Positions 1 to 10,939 are shown, counted from the first letter of the stretch. The stretch: DNA of 64,000 bases from Candidatus Bathyarchaeota archaeon (GCA_963806535.1 CAWDYC010000003.1:288001-352000), one strand, 5' to 3'. Program-made: numbers and translations. Notes: generated by a model from the letters alone, not told the origin.

Positions 1-338
1 GGCTGCCTTGGAGTCTAAACGGTTTAGTATCTAGAATTGTGTTGCCACTAACAAAAAAAGAACTGGAAAGCTTTGATGCCGTTCATGACGAACGGTGTTT
101 ACCAAAATTTCTGAGCGAAAAAGCTACTTTTTAACTGCTTTAGCTTTTTTCTCGGCTTTGGCATAATATGCTTTCTTTTTCTTTTCTTCTTCTGCTTTTG
201 TTGGTTTTACATGGTTTTGCCATTAAAATCCTCAATTATGTAATCTTTAACTTGCATAAAAAATTTTCCAGCCCAAAACATCGTTGAAAAGTTTATTTGT
301 CTTTTAACAGTTCATTTTATTGACATTGAGGCTTTGCT

Positions 339-1718
339 ATGGAGCGATTTGACATCATCGTTATTGGCTCAGGCTCTGGAATGCTTGTAGCTTCAGCAGC
401 AGTTGAACAGGGATTTCGAGTAGCGCTGATTGAGCATGGAAAAATGGGCGGCACATGCATAAACGTAGGTTGCGTGCCTTCTAAAATGCTAATTTACCCA
501 GCAGACGTCATTGCCACTGTCAAAGAAGCAGGAAAGCTTGGCGTTAATGCAACATTGAATTCGGTCGATTTTAACAACATAATGACAAGAATGCATGAGT
601 TGGTTAGTGAGGATTCAGGGCATCAGGCAATGGCGGTCGAAGCGACGTCCGAGATGACTTGGTTCAAGGAAACAGCCGAATTTATCTCCGATTACACGAT
701 GAAAGTTGGCGACGCACACTATCTCGGCGGAGAAGATTTTCATTGTTTCAGGCGCACGCACCGCGCTTCCGTTAATCAAGGGAATTGACAAAATAGATTA
801 CTTAACAAGTGACACAGTTTTAGAACTACAAACGCCGCCTAAGAGCATATTGATAGTCGGTGGAGGCTACATTGGCATGGAATACGGCCACTTTTTCGCA
901 AGCATCGGCACAAAAACTACGATATTACAAAGGCCAGAGCGAGTATTGCCTGAAGAGGAACCTGAAATCTCTGAATTGTTAAAGAAGGAAATGAGTCAGC
1001 GAATGGAAATATACACAGGTTTTGAGGTTACTGAAGCCAAACAAGAAGGGCAAATTAAAACATTGATTGCCAGAAACCGCCAAGACGGCAGCCTACATGA
1101 GTTCTCAGCTGAAGCAGTAATGATCGCTACGGGCAGAGTATCCAACGCTGACATTTTAAAACCAGAAAAGACAGGCGTGAAACTTGACGATCACAATTTC
1201 ATAAAGGTCAACGAGTATCTGGAAACAAGCAAAAAGAACATTTGGGCTTTCGGCGACGCCATAGGCATCCAAATGTTTAAGCACGTTGCCAATTATGAAG
1301 CCGGCATTGCATGGCATAATGCCCTTCATGAGCATAAGAGCTAAAATGGATTTTTCAGCTGCACCCCACGCAGTTTTTACTCATCCACAAGTTGCTTCAG
1401 TAGGGCTTAAAGGAGCAAGAAGCTAAACAAAATCACAAAATCCTTGTTGGACAAGCTCTCTATAGAGATACAGCTATGGGTGCTGCTATGGGTTTTCCAG
1501 AAGGATTTGTAAAAGTGATCGTTGAACAAGAGACAGGAAAAATCCTTGGCGGACACATAATTGGTCCTGAAGCTTCAATTCTAATTCAAGAAATCATTAA
1601 TGCAATGGTATCTGAAACTGGAACCTTCGCTCCTATCGCTCAGGGCATGCATATTCATCCTGCGTTGTCGGAAGTGGTTCAGAACGCTTTTGGAAATCTT
1701 CACTCCCATGAGCATTAA
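339..1718 (+). CDS. Pyridine nucleotide-disulfide oxidoreductase (dihydrolipoamide dehydrogenase/mycothione reductase-like), split by frameshifts
   Basis: GSGSG FAD motif, GGTCINVGCVPSK redox disulfide, GGGYIG NAD motif, C-terminal HIHPALSE; ORFs 339-788, 706-1344, 1476-1718, and the gap encodes ..APHAVFTHPQVASVG.. Confidence 0.9.
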
Positions 1719-1783
1719 GATTTCATATTTTTAGCAATCTAAACAGTTATATTCGGCTTAAACCAAATTTTAGTGGTGAGAAT

Positions 1784-2069
1784 ATGCAATTCTCAAAAGT
1801 TTCTGGTAAAAAAAACAACCATAAGGTTACTCTATACGCTTTAAGCACTTGCGTTTGGTGTAAACTTACAAAAGAATTTCTCAATGAAAACGAAGTTGAA
1901 TATGAATTCGTGGATGTGGATTTGCTTGACGAGGATGACAAATCGAAGGTTCATGAAACAATCGTCAAGTAAAGGCGGAATGCTAAGTTACCCGACTATA
2001 ATTGTTGATGACAAAACTGTAATCACGGGATTCCGCAAAGATAAGCTCAAAGAGGCACTTGAAATTTGA
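1784..2069 (+). CDS. Glutaredoxin/NrdH-like redoxin (frameshifted)
   Basis: LSTCVWC active site in 1784-1972; SYPTIIVDD..GF..DKL cis-Pro motif in the overlapping frame. Confidence 0.85.
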
Positions 2070-2628
2070 CCACGTTAGAGGAAACTCGCAGAAGAGCCGA
2101 AGCCGATGCTAAAACCTACGGATATTACCTTACACCTCAGCCCGAACTTCTGCAAGGTTTTCTTGAAGGATTAAAAACAAACGAAGACCGCTACGGTTAT
2201 CCCATTATGCCCCTGCAGACTAGCTTCAGGCAATTTTGAGTATGACCGAGATATAATTTGCCCCTGCGACTATCGGGATCCAGACGTCGCCCAATACGGC
2301 TCATGCTATTGCAGACTCTATGTGAACAAACAAGTCTACGAAAGCAAAAACTTACCTGAAGTTCCAGAGCGAAGACCAATAGAAAAGCAACAAAGAGCTT
2401 ACGGAACCCCAGCAGCTGCCAAACAAGCATCCTCCTCAAGGCGCAAAAGAAAAACCAGCTGCAGCTCAAACCCCAAAGCCTCAACCAACTGTTAAAAAGA
2501 AGTTATGGTACTGCAAACAATGCGGTTACGTGGTTTTCCGTGAAGATCCACCGTACATTTGCCCAATATGCAAGGCTAAAAGAGAAATGTTTGCTGAAAT
2601 AGAAAGCAGCTGTTGAATTTAACGGTTA
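2066..2628 (+). CDS. Ferredoxin:thioredoxin reductase catalytic domain fused to a C-terminal rubredoxin-like domain (FDR type); frameshifted and absent from the ORF track
   Basis: Manual translation from TTG 2066: ..NEDRYGYP-CPCRL..DIICPCDY..YGSCYCRLYV (CPC/CPC/CxC), then WYCKQCGY..PPYICPICKA; end coordinate approximate. Confidence 0.85.
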
Positions 2629-2635
2629 ACGTAAG

Positions 2636-2787
2636 TTATTTTTCAATTTCTATCTCGATTTTTTTCCAATCCTCTTTTATTCCTTTAAGAGAGGTTACAG
2701 CGCCGGTTATTGTTCCGTTTAAAATATTTCTCAACAAATTCGTTTAATGGAATTTCTTTTCCATCAACTTTCAATTTCAAACTCAAA
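2636..2787 (-). CDS. Small hypothetical protein (~50 aa, resembles the MobB C-terminal extension), frameshifted
   Basis: MSLKLKVDGKEIPLNEFVEK/ILNGTITGAVTSLKGIKEDWKKIEIEIEK* after correcting one indel. Confidence 0.55.
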
Positions 2788-2812
2788 CTTCTTCACCTTT
2801 GATATTGCTTAG

Positions 2813-3434
2813 TTAAAATGAAGGGTAAAAAAGTTTTGTGCAGACAGGAAGTTTTGAAAAATGGAGTCTATTGCTACATTCTTGAGTGGTACTGGGTTTA
2901 ACGAATACTCTGAGCTTTGTTAGGTTTTCTTTTATTTCAGCCTTAACACCCATAGCTGCAAAGTATTCCTCAAGAAATACCCTTATAAAATCCTTCGAAG
3001 TCTCTGAAACCAAGACCAAAGTATAATCGTTTGGCGCGTTCTTTGTTAAACGGTAAAAGTTGCATATTTCAAGCCGAAGCAGCATTTCTTCTGGCGAATG
3101 CACTTTGGTTTTCAGCTGTTCCCAATGAGCACGGGCCACTTCTTTGTGTTCGCTCCAAAACTTTTCTCGTTCAGGTGATGAGGCATATCAGTCGCAAGAA
3201 CATTAGCCAATGGTCAACGTCTAGGATTATGTGTTCTCCGCTGAGAAGCATGTCTATGTAAGCAAGAATTTTTTTCTTGGTTGCTGGGTCTTCGAGGGCT
3301 TTGTTTTCATTGTAGAATTTTAGTGCTCGACGCATTACTTCGCTTTGTGATACTTGCGCGTCGGAGCTTATTTTTTCTAGTAAGTCAGCTGTTGTTTTGT
3401 CGAATGCAACAGTTATTCTGGTTGGGTTAACCAT
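2813..3434 (-). CDS. Ribbon-helix-helix (CopG-like) regulator with C-terminal domain, frameshifted
   Basis: N-terminal RITVAFD..LLEKIS..SQSEVMRRAL RHH pattern in 3171-3434, continuing in 2813-3139. Confidence 0.7.
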
Positions 3435-3638
3435 AACGTTCCCTTGCAGTAATTTAACACATTTTCAATTAATTGGAAATTATATAAACATTACGCATGT
3501 CTATGCTAAATTAACTTATCAAATTTCAATATTGTGACTGAAATACTAAACAATTGTTAAAGCAACGCCTTATCAGAAGCAACATTTATTCCATGCCACC
3601 AATTACTAATTGATAAAGGCACTCAAGGAGAACATGAA

Positions 3639-4299
3639 ATGAAAAGACCGGAAATATATCCTCGAACCAAAACAGAGAACTGCAAAAGTAATCGAACTCC
3701 TCGAAAAAGAATATCCCAACGCCAAAACCGCTCTAAACTATTCCAATCCACTGGAAATACTTGTAGCCACCATGCTTTCCGCCCAAACAACCGACCAAAG
3801 AGTTAACATAGTAACCGCCAGCCTATTCAAAAAATACCGCACCCCAAAAGACTACGCCAACGCAGACATAAAGGAGCTGGAGCAAGACATACATTCAACA
3901 GGCTTCTACCATAACAAAGCCAGAAATCTACAAAAATGCTGCCAACTATTAGTTGAAAAATTTAATTCCCAAGTCCCAAAAACAATGGATGAACTGTTGG
4001 AGCTTCCCGGAGTCGCTCGAAAAACCGCCAACATTGTGTTATACAACGCTTACGGCATAATCGCTGGTATAGCAGTGGACACACATGTCAACAGACTTTC
4101 ACAGCGACTTGGACTTACGGAGAATGAGGATTCCGCCAAAATAGAACAGGATTTAATGCAGATTACTCCGAAAGAGAAATGGATGAAACTAACTGATTTA
4201 CTGATTTTCCACGGAAGACAAGTCTGTACCGCAAAAAAACCCAAATGCGAAACATGCGTTTTAAACAAGTATTGTCCTTGTGCTTTTGCGTTTGGATAA
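3639..4299 (+). CDS. nth: Endonuclease III
   Basis: LSAQTTD, HhH LPGVARKTAN, VDTHV, C-x6-C-x2-C-x5-C 4Fe-4S motif; frame is open upstream of 3772 to about 3643, start approximate. Confidence 0.93.
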
Positions 4300-4355
4300 A
4301 AACATCACCCATTTATAGATGCTCAACTTTTTTCTAGAAGTGAGGATTATTGTTT

Positions 4356-4836
4356 ATGTCAAGCAAAATTAAAGTCGGAGACAAAGCACCCGATTTCACT
4401 TTACCAGACATCGATAAGAAGCCAAAGAAGCCTAAATGAGTTCTTAGGGAAAAAAATCGTTTTAGCATTTTTTGTAGGCGCATTCACATCAACATGTACC
4501 AAGGAAATGTGTGAATTCCGCGATTCAATGGCTCGACTTATCGATTTAAACGCTCAAGTTATCGGAATAAGTGTAAACGACCCTTTCAGCAACAAAGCTT
4601 TCGCCGAAAAAAACAGGCTACCATTCCCAATACTGAGCGACTATAAACGTGAAGTAATCAAAACCTATGGGTTGGAGCTGCCTAATTTTGCTGGACTCGA
4701 CGGCTACACAGTTGCCAAGCGATCAATTTTCATCCTTGACCAGAACGGCATAGTGCGGTATGTTTGGGTTTCAGACAATCCAGCGGTAGAACCAAACTAT
4801 CAAGAAATACAAAATATCCTGCAGCAAATCCCTTAG
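4356..4836 (+). CDS. Peroxiredoxin (AhpC/TSA family), N-terminus frameshifted
   Basis: MSSKIKVGDKAPDFTLPD from 4356; AFTSTCTKEMC motif; KRSIFILD. Confidence 0.88.
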
Positions 4837-5089
4837 GCAGGTTTATTTTTCATTAATGCTGTTTAGAAAAAACCGCGTTCCCTGGTTGACTACCCACGAC
4901 GAGCAACGTCTAATTTCGTCTAATTCAAGCATTTGAAAAATGGTCAATCGGTTGCTGCCTTTCAAGTGATTCTCTTCTGGCCGTTTATCAGCCAGTACAA
5001 CTCTAAAACAAATGATTTTGAGAGTCGCACAAAAGTTATTAGCTTCCATAAAAGTTATTTGATTGTTATTGTAACGGTGACTGTTTGAA

Positions 5090-5954
5090 GTGTCCTTTGA
5101 AATCCAAGAGTTACCGGATGTTATCCGCGTTATTGTTCTGTTGAACTTAAGCAAAGGCGCTAAAATAAAAAAATCAGCCCTAAAAGCCCGAGTGGATCGA
5201 GTCTGCGTTAGCTACACCTGCGTGGAAATGGCAGAATTGGATAGAGCACTTAAAGAAATGTCGACTGAAGGACTCATTGTTGAAAAAGATGATTTCGTGC
5301 AGTTAACGCCACAAGGTCAAAAACTAGGCAAAGAATGGGAAAGTCTACTCTTAAAAAAAGAACCCATTATGGAAGTTGTAGCTGGTTTAGTTGATGGCTC
5401 AATAACCAGTCTAGTTGTTATTCTCTCAGCTTTCATAGCAACATTTACAGCCAGCACAGCATTCTTGGGTAATCCTAAAACCAGTCGTCTTCGCCGCCTT
5501 CTTAACGCTAAGCGCCGTTGCGGTAACCAACTTCTCAAGCTTTCTGCTTGGCGGAATCACTGAAGACTTAGCAGACATCATGACACTTCAGAACTTGATG
5601 AATTACAGCTTAAGCGACATACCTGACAAGAAAGAAAGGGATAAGTCATTACTGTTAACACAGAAACTTTTTACTTTACTTGGGAAACAAATACATAGAT
5701 CCAACCTTTTTGGAGCAATAATTTCTGGAACAACAACTTTCATTGCCGGAATTATTCCAATAGCAACTTACCTAGTGCTTCCACCTTACTACAACATTGG
5801 TGTTTCACTCTTTGAAGTTGGCATTATTTCGGGAGTGTTTCTGGCGCGGTACCGTTCAAAGAAGACTCGAGTAAACTGGAAAATAACACTTGCTGAAACC
5901 ATAGCCATTGTTATAATTGCAACAGTTGTATCTTTATTGCTCGGATTAATCTAG
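5090..5954 (+). CDS. Winged-helix domain fused to a VIT1/CCC1-like membrane domain, frameshifted
   Basis: wHTH-like N-terminus (..EGLIVEKDDFVQLTPQG), then VAGLVDGSITSL and AGIIPIATY typical of VIT1/CCC1; ORFs 5090-5563 and 5580-5954. Confidence 0.6.
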
Positions 5955-5959
5955 ACCAG

Positions 5960-6407
5960 TTAAACTAATCGATGATGCTCAACCATTAAACATTTATCCA
6001 TAACGACAATTAAACCGGCATGCCTAGCCATTTCAGCAGCCTGTTCATTCACTATTCCAAGCTGCATCCAAACAACAAAAGGCTTACCAAATATCTGCTT
6101 AAGCTGAATAGCTTGCTCTACTATCGGCGATCACATCTTTGGCTGGTCTAAAAATATCAACTATTTCGATGGTTTTCTGGATTTCAGGCGGAATATCAAG
6201 CAGGCTCTTGTAGCTTTTTTCGCCGAGAACTTCATAAGCAAAAGGGTTTACAGGTATAATTTGGTAGCCATGTTGTTTTAGGTAAGCGCTGACTCTATGG
6301 CTGTCCTTCTCAGGCTCTTTAGACAAGCCGACAACCGCGATTACCTTGTATTTTTCTAAGATTTCTTTAATCTGGTTTTGACTCAACTGAACACTTCCAA
6401 TCTGCAA
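5960..6407 (-). CDS. CoA-binding protein (YccU-like), frameshifted
   Basis: IAVVGLS..DSHRV..YL..GY.IIPVNP, IVDIFRP; C-terminus VWMQLG..DKCLMVEH in another frame. Confidence 0.88.
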
Positions 6408-6412
6408 ACAGC

Positions 6413-7351
6413 TTATGGTGCTTCGCTGAGTTTTAATTCAAAGAAGTGCTCCTTGCCATTGCGTAATGCAAGGATTCTAACTACATCGTTGATTTTTCTC
6501 TTCTGAACTTCGTTGACTAAGGCCTCGATTTCATTTGTTTCTACGTTGTTTATTTCCAAAATGATATCGCCTTCAGCCATTCCAGCTTCTTCTGCAGGGC
6601 TGCCCTCAGCAATTCTTGTAACTAATACGCCGCTGTTGACTGGTAAACCGTAATAGCGTGCGATTTCCCGTGTTAAGGTTAATCCCACTATACCAAGCCA
6701 TGGTCTCTTAACCCCGCCTTCAGTAATAATTTCATCTGTGCAGGTTTTCGCTGAGTTTATAGGAATGGCAAAACCAATGCCCTGTGCAAATGGTATAATG
6801 GCAGTGTTAATTGCAATAACCTTGCCTGTTACATCTACAAGTGGTCCGCCACTGTTGCCAGGATTAATTGAGGCATCTGTTTGAACAAGGTTCTCTATCA
6901 AACCGCGTTCAGAATCTATTGTCCTATTGATAGCGCTAATTACTCCTGAGGTTACGCTTGGCCCACCTGTTAACCCAAAAGGGTTACCAATAGCGTAAAC
7001 CCTTTGCCCTACCCTTATCTTGTCTGAATCGCCAAGCTCTGCTGCTTGAAGATTTCTTTTGTTTGCATTAACCTTAACTACTGCTATATCATGGATGGCG
7101 CATGACCCAACAATTGTGCCTTCAAGAACCTCATTGTTTCCAAGAGTCACATTGATTTTTTGTGCTCCGCCTACAACGTGATTATTTGTTAAAATCAAAC
7201 CTTTTGAATCAATTATGGTGCCTGATCCCATGCCTCCAACCGGCACCGCTTGATAGAAAATATTGTGAACAAGCTTCAAAGTGCTTATGTTAACTGTGCT
7301 TTTGCTAACTTTAGCAATGGTGTCCAAAATAGCATTTTCATCATAAGACAA
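6413..7351 (-). CDS. HtrA/DegP-like trypsin serine protease with PDZ domain
   Basis: TNNHV, DIAVV, TDASINPGNSGGPL catalytic triad; C-terminal PDZ. Confidence 0.95.
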   Translation of the reverse strand: MSYDENAILDTIAKVSKSTVNISTLKLVHNIFYQAVPVGGMGSGTIIDSKGLILTNNHVVGGAQKINVTLGNNEVLEGTIVGSCAIHDIAVVKVNANKRNLQAAELGDSDKIRVGQRVYAIGNPFGLTGGPSVTSGVISAINRTIDSERGLIENLVQTDASINPGNSGGPLVDVTGKVIAINTAIIPFAQGIGFAIPINSAKTCTDEIITEGGVKRPWLGIVGLTLTREIARYYGLPVNSGVLVTRIAEGSPAEEAGMAEGDIILEINNVETNEIEALVNEVQKRKINDVVRILALRNGKEHFFELKLSEAP

Positions 7352-7407
7352 TTAGATTACCTCAAAATCAGTACAGGCTCGTTTTTAATAAGGTTAATTG
7401 CGTACAT

Positions 7408-7794
7408 TTATCGGCAAAACAAACATTTTTCCGCCCATTCTCGAGGCATTTCTTTTTGACAAATTGGACACATTAAACCTTTTTCTCGAACGGCTTGACA
7501 TGTTTGACAGAAGAGCTTGAGGATTTCTGCTTTGTTGCTCGGCTCTTTTATGAGTGAAGTAACCATTTGGCTTATTAATGCTAAAATTTCAGTTGAGTCT
7601 TCTATTGCGAGCAGGTTTCCTCTTTCTCGACCTACATATCTGCTGACAGCAGATTGGGATAATCCGAGGAGTGCTGCCGTTTGTTGTTCGTTTAATCCAT
7701 GTTTTTCAACGATTTGTCTTGCCATAATTGCTTTTACTGCAGGCAGAACGGTTTTTACTCCTACTTCGCACGGTAGTATCAAGTTTGACACCAA
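7408..7794 (-). CDS. HTH transcriptional regulator with Cys-rich C-terminus
   Basis: LPCEV..LPAVKA; HTH QQTAALLGLSQSAVSRY; CQTC..CPIC..CLFC. Confidence 0.8.
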   Translation of the reverse strand: MVSNLILPCEVGVKTVLPAVKAIMARQIVEKHGLNEQQTAALLGLSQSAVSRYVGRERGNLLAIEDSTEILALISQMVTSLIKEPSNKAEILKLFCQTCQAVREKGLMCPICQKEMPREWAEKCLFCR

Positions 7795-7836
7795 TTATGG
7801 ATAATTTTGGGAGAAACTTATTTAAATATGCCGATT

Positions 7837-7872
7837 GTCATAGTTTATGACGCGTGTCATGATGGGTCATCA
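7837..7872. promoter_or_regulatory. Overlapping palindromes between divergent regulators (candidate operator)
   Basis: GTCATA-GTT-TATGAC (7837-7851), ATGAC-GCGT-GTCAT (7847-7860), TGATG-GGT-CATCA (7860-7872). Confidence 0.4.
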
Positions 7873-7948
7873 GATTCAAAATAAACCTCAACATACTCAT
7901 CACCCACACTTATTTACCCTCTCGACACTCGCCAAGGTGAATAAAAAA

Positions 7949-8897
7949 ATGGGCAATGTCCTAATCCCAACTCGAAAAACAGAAAACAATCGCGATTTAG
8001 TTGGAATGCTAAAAACACTCGACTCAGAATGCAGAAATTGCGCTCCAACATCACCTCTTCAATGCATAAACCGCTGCCAAGTATACAAATTAAAAAATGA
8101 GTTAAGAAAACTTCGGGAAACGATGGATAACCCAAACTACATAAAAGAACTCTTCAACGTTCTTAAAAATGAGACAAGACTGCATATTTTGCAGGCAATC
8201 GCAAATGGAAGATACTCTGTAAGCCAACTTCAGCAAGAATTAAAAAAAACAGGTCACATTCATAGTCAAGATACAATAAGTGAAGAATATTTAGGTCCTT
8301 TAATGTCAGTAGGCCTTGCCACTGAAGCACGAGATGAATATTACGCAACAACATTCGGTGGTCGCCTAACTGAGTTACTTGGAGTTTTTCCTGAATTCGT
8401 GGAAATGCTACCTGCTCATTCTGAATGTTACGAAGAAACTCTTCTACAATGCTTACTGTCGGGACCAAAAACTTTTGAAGAAATTGAGGTACTTATCCCG
8501 CCAAAAATTGCTTCACGAATACTTAAACGGTTACGAGCAAGCGGTTTAATAGAAACTCCAACTGAAAGAGATTACATATTTTTCTTCAAGTCAAAACGAG
8601 ACCCTGCCAAAGAATCGTTAACAACTACTGAAAAGAAAATTTATGAAACAATAGCCGATGAAGGAATTTCAGCTGGAAAACTTGCCAAAGAAACAGGAAT
8701 CTCCATGAGAAGAACCTACAAGTACCTAAGAGGATTGAAAGGCAAAAAACTGGTTTTCATAAGAAGAACACCAAAAGCTTATGGTTTAACTTGCAAAGGT
8801 GAAATGTTAGCATCAGTACTACAAGGGGCTCCAACAAATTGTAGAAGAAACATGGAGCTCTTCTGAACACGTTATGAACGACAATGCCAATTCTTAA
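7949..8897 (+). CDS. Multi-winged-helix (ArsR-like) regulator with N-terminal 4-Cys motif; C-terminal frameshift
   Basis: CRNC-x7-C-x3-C, LKNETRLHIL ArsR-like helix, further wHTH repeats; likely start ATG 7949. Confidence 0.65.
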
Positions 8898-8917
8898 GCG
8901 ACTAAATTTCTCTTTTT

Positions 8918-9400
8918 TTATCCGCCACCAGGAGCTCCATGGAAAGGAGCGTTTTCCCAGAGAAGTTTCCACCAATCATCTTCAGTTATGGTTTCTCCTT
9001 TAACAATTATTTCTAACACCATCTTTAGCATCTCATGATGTCTTTTCTCATCAGCTAAAATGGAGTTCAAGAGAAAAACAACTTTTTTGTCTTCAATATT
9101 GGGTATCATGTCTTCAAGCTTAATGATTAACTTAGATTCTATTTCAATATGCTTTTCAACAAGGGCTTTATGTTCATCAAGATGCTCCTGCGTTAACGCT
9201 GTAGAAGCACTAGTTAACAATGTGACAGCAGCCATGTAAAGTTCCGCATGTTTTATCGAGTCAAGCGAAACACCCTTCAAAACCCCTTTAACAGCTGGAT
9301 TTTTCATGTCGCGTAAAGGTTTTTCAAGAGAAGCCACTATTTCTTTTTCAACGGTTATTTGATTTTTAAGAAATTCTAGGAGATTCTTTGTTTTTTCCAT
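8918..9400 (-). CDS. Ferritin-like (rubrerythrin-type di-iron) protein
   Basis: Paired E..DSIKH and E..DEKRHH di-iron ligand motifs. Confidence 0.8.
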   Translation of the reverse strand: MEKTKNLLEFLKNQITVEKEIVASLEKPLRDMKNPAVKGVLKGVSLDSIKHAELYMAAVTLLTSASTALTQEHLDEHKALVEKHIEIESKLIIKLEDMIPNIEDKKVVFLLNSILADEKRHHEMLKMVLEIIVKGETITEDDWWKLLWENAPFHGAPGGG

Positions 9401-9422
9401 ATTTTTCTCCTCTCGGTTAATG

Positions 9423-9866
9423 TTAAGTCTTGTTCATCAAGTTTTCGGAAATTCTTTTTCCTAAATCCATACAGGCGCTAACCATTTTTTCGTCAGGAAC
9501 ATACTTTGCCAGTAAAGGCGGTTCAACGACTTGCATTTCAAACTTGTTTTTCATAATTTCCAAAATTTGTTTAGGTGCTTCACCACTCCAGCCATATGAA
9601 CCAAACGTTGCGCCTACTTTGCCCTTCAAACTTATGCCTTGTACTGCAACCTCCTCGAAAAGTTTTTTGAAATCAATAGGCATCTCATGATGGTAAGTTG
9701 GTGTTCCAACAAGTATTGCATCAAAGGCATTTAGTTCTTGAGGGTCAATATGAAAAATTAATTCTACTTCAACTTCATCGTTGATTTTAGCGCCCTTAGC
9801 TACGGCTGTCGCCATTTTTTCTGTGTTTCCAGTTCGGCTATAATATAAAACGAGAATTTTTTTCAT
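9423..9866 (-). CDS. Flavodoxin
   Basis: YYSRTGNTEKMA, GTPTY, FGSYGWSGEA; likely start ATG 9866. Confidence 0.9.
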   Translation of the reverse strand: MKKILVLYYSRTGNTEKMATAVAKGAKINDEVEVELIFHIDPQELNAFDAILVGTPTYHHEMPIDFKKLFEEVAVQGISLKGKVGATFGSYGWSGEAPKQILEIMKNKFEMQVVEPPLLAKYVPDEKMVSACMDLGKRISENLMNKT

Positions 9867-10007
9867 AAAAATACTTAGATTAAGAGTTATTTCAATATTT
9901 TGTTTGCAGGATAGATAAGAAATAAGAGATTGTAAAAAGAAAGAAACTTTTGTTTTATTTATGGGCACGCATGCTTTTTTTCTTTGACGCTTTGCCCACC
10001 TTTTGCT

Positions 10008-10217
10008 TCAGCGCTTTCTATTTCCTCTGCTTTCGCCGCCTTTTCGCCCTATTTCCCGATAAAATTCTGTTCCACGTTCCTCAGCTACTTTTTCGCCGCC
10101 TTTCCTACCTATCTCTCTATAAAATTCTGAGCCACGTTCCCGAGCTACTTTTTGTCCTCCTTTTCTACCGGCTTCTTCACGGGTCATTTTTCTTCTTTGT
10201 TCACTTTCAACCGTCAA
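10008..10217 (-). CDS. KGG/Em-type general stress hydrophilin
   Basis: MTREEAGRKGG and two RG.EFYREIGRKGG repeats; GGAGGTGAA Shine-Dalgarno. Confidence 0.85.
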   Translation of the reverse strand: MTVESEQRRKMTREEAGRKGGQKVARERGSEFYREIGRKGGEKVAEERGTEFYREIGRKGGESRGNRKR

Positions 10218-10277
10218 AACTAGTTCACCTCCAACATTTCCTAAAGGTTGCCTGCCTTGTTATCTATTCCAAGGATA

Positions 10278-10300
10278 GCCCTTAAGCATATGTGGTTATC
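10278..10300 (-). promoter_or_regulatory. Shared upstream motif of KGG genes, copy 1
   Basis: + strand gcccttaagcatatgtggttatc matches the copies at 11391 and 12224. Confidence 0.6.
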
Positions 10301-10414
10301 AACCAACAATCACAGACAACCAAGGACAACTTGTTAGCTAACTAATTTTCGACTTTCGTTATTTTATGAGTTTTGATGCAAAAACTGAATAAAGAAAATG
10401 AAAAAGCTGTTTGT

Positions 10415-10699
10415 TTATTCTATTTTGCCGATCTCTTTAGTAATATCAATTGGTGAAGTGTAAGTCTTCTCAGGCAACTTATTTAGTAAGTCCATAACGT
10501 TGTCTGGAGCGTCTTTGTTTTGAGCATTATTGATTAACTTCTTTCTTTCAGCGGGATAATGCATGCCTGCAAGATATTTTTCGACGATGGCAGGGCTCAC
10601 ATGACCTGATTTACCGCTTTTGCTTGTATATTGACGTCTTGTTCCTCTACCTTGACCTATTCCATTACGTCCGGTTGCTTGGATGCCTTGTTTACTCGT
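10415..10699 (-). CDS. DUF2795-domain protein
   Basis: VEKYLAGMHYPA..LIN.A....APDNV..LL.KLPEKTY.SPIDI; frame open to ACG at 10699 just after a GGAGGTGAA SD (ORF track starts at GTG 10600). Confidence 0.8.
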   Translation of the reverse strand, partial: TSKQGIQATGRNGIGQGRGTRRQYTSKSGKSGHVSPAIVEKYLAGMHYPAERKKLINNAQNKDAPDNVMDLLNKLPEKTYTSPIDITKEIGKIE

Positions 10700-10771
10700 T
10701 TCCTTTCACCTCCAATCTTCTTAAAACAGGTAACTTGAAAAAGAAAAACCTCTTAATTGAAACCATTTTCT

Positions 10772-10939
10772 TTATTCTTCTTCGTGTTCTTTTCCTTCCT
10801 GAATAAGCCTTCGAACTTTTTGTCCACCTTTGCTGCCAATCTCACTGTAAAATTCAGGACCATGAGTTTGAGCTGTTTTTTCTCCACCCATCCGACCAGC
10901 TTCAGCAACAGTCATCTTTCCTTTTCGCCTTTCACTCAT
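10772..10939 (-). CDS. KGG/Em-type stress protein (55 aa, absent from the ORF track)
   Basis: MSERRKGKMTVAEAGRMGGEKTAQTHGPEFYSEIGSKGGQKVRRLIQEGKEHEEE*; GGAGGTGAA SD. Confidence 0.85.
   Translation of the reverse strand: MSERRKGKMTVAEAGRMGGEKTAQTHGPEFYSEIGSKGGQKVRRLIQEGKEHEEE

Noticed and set aside
3-223. Gene end at 3-134 (+) and a tiny Lys-rich ORF at about 125-223 (-)
   Set aside because: Too short or truncated to assign, and the minus ORF needs an assumed indel.
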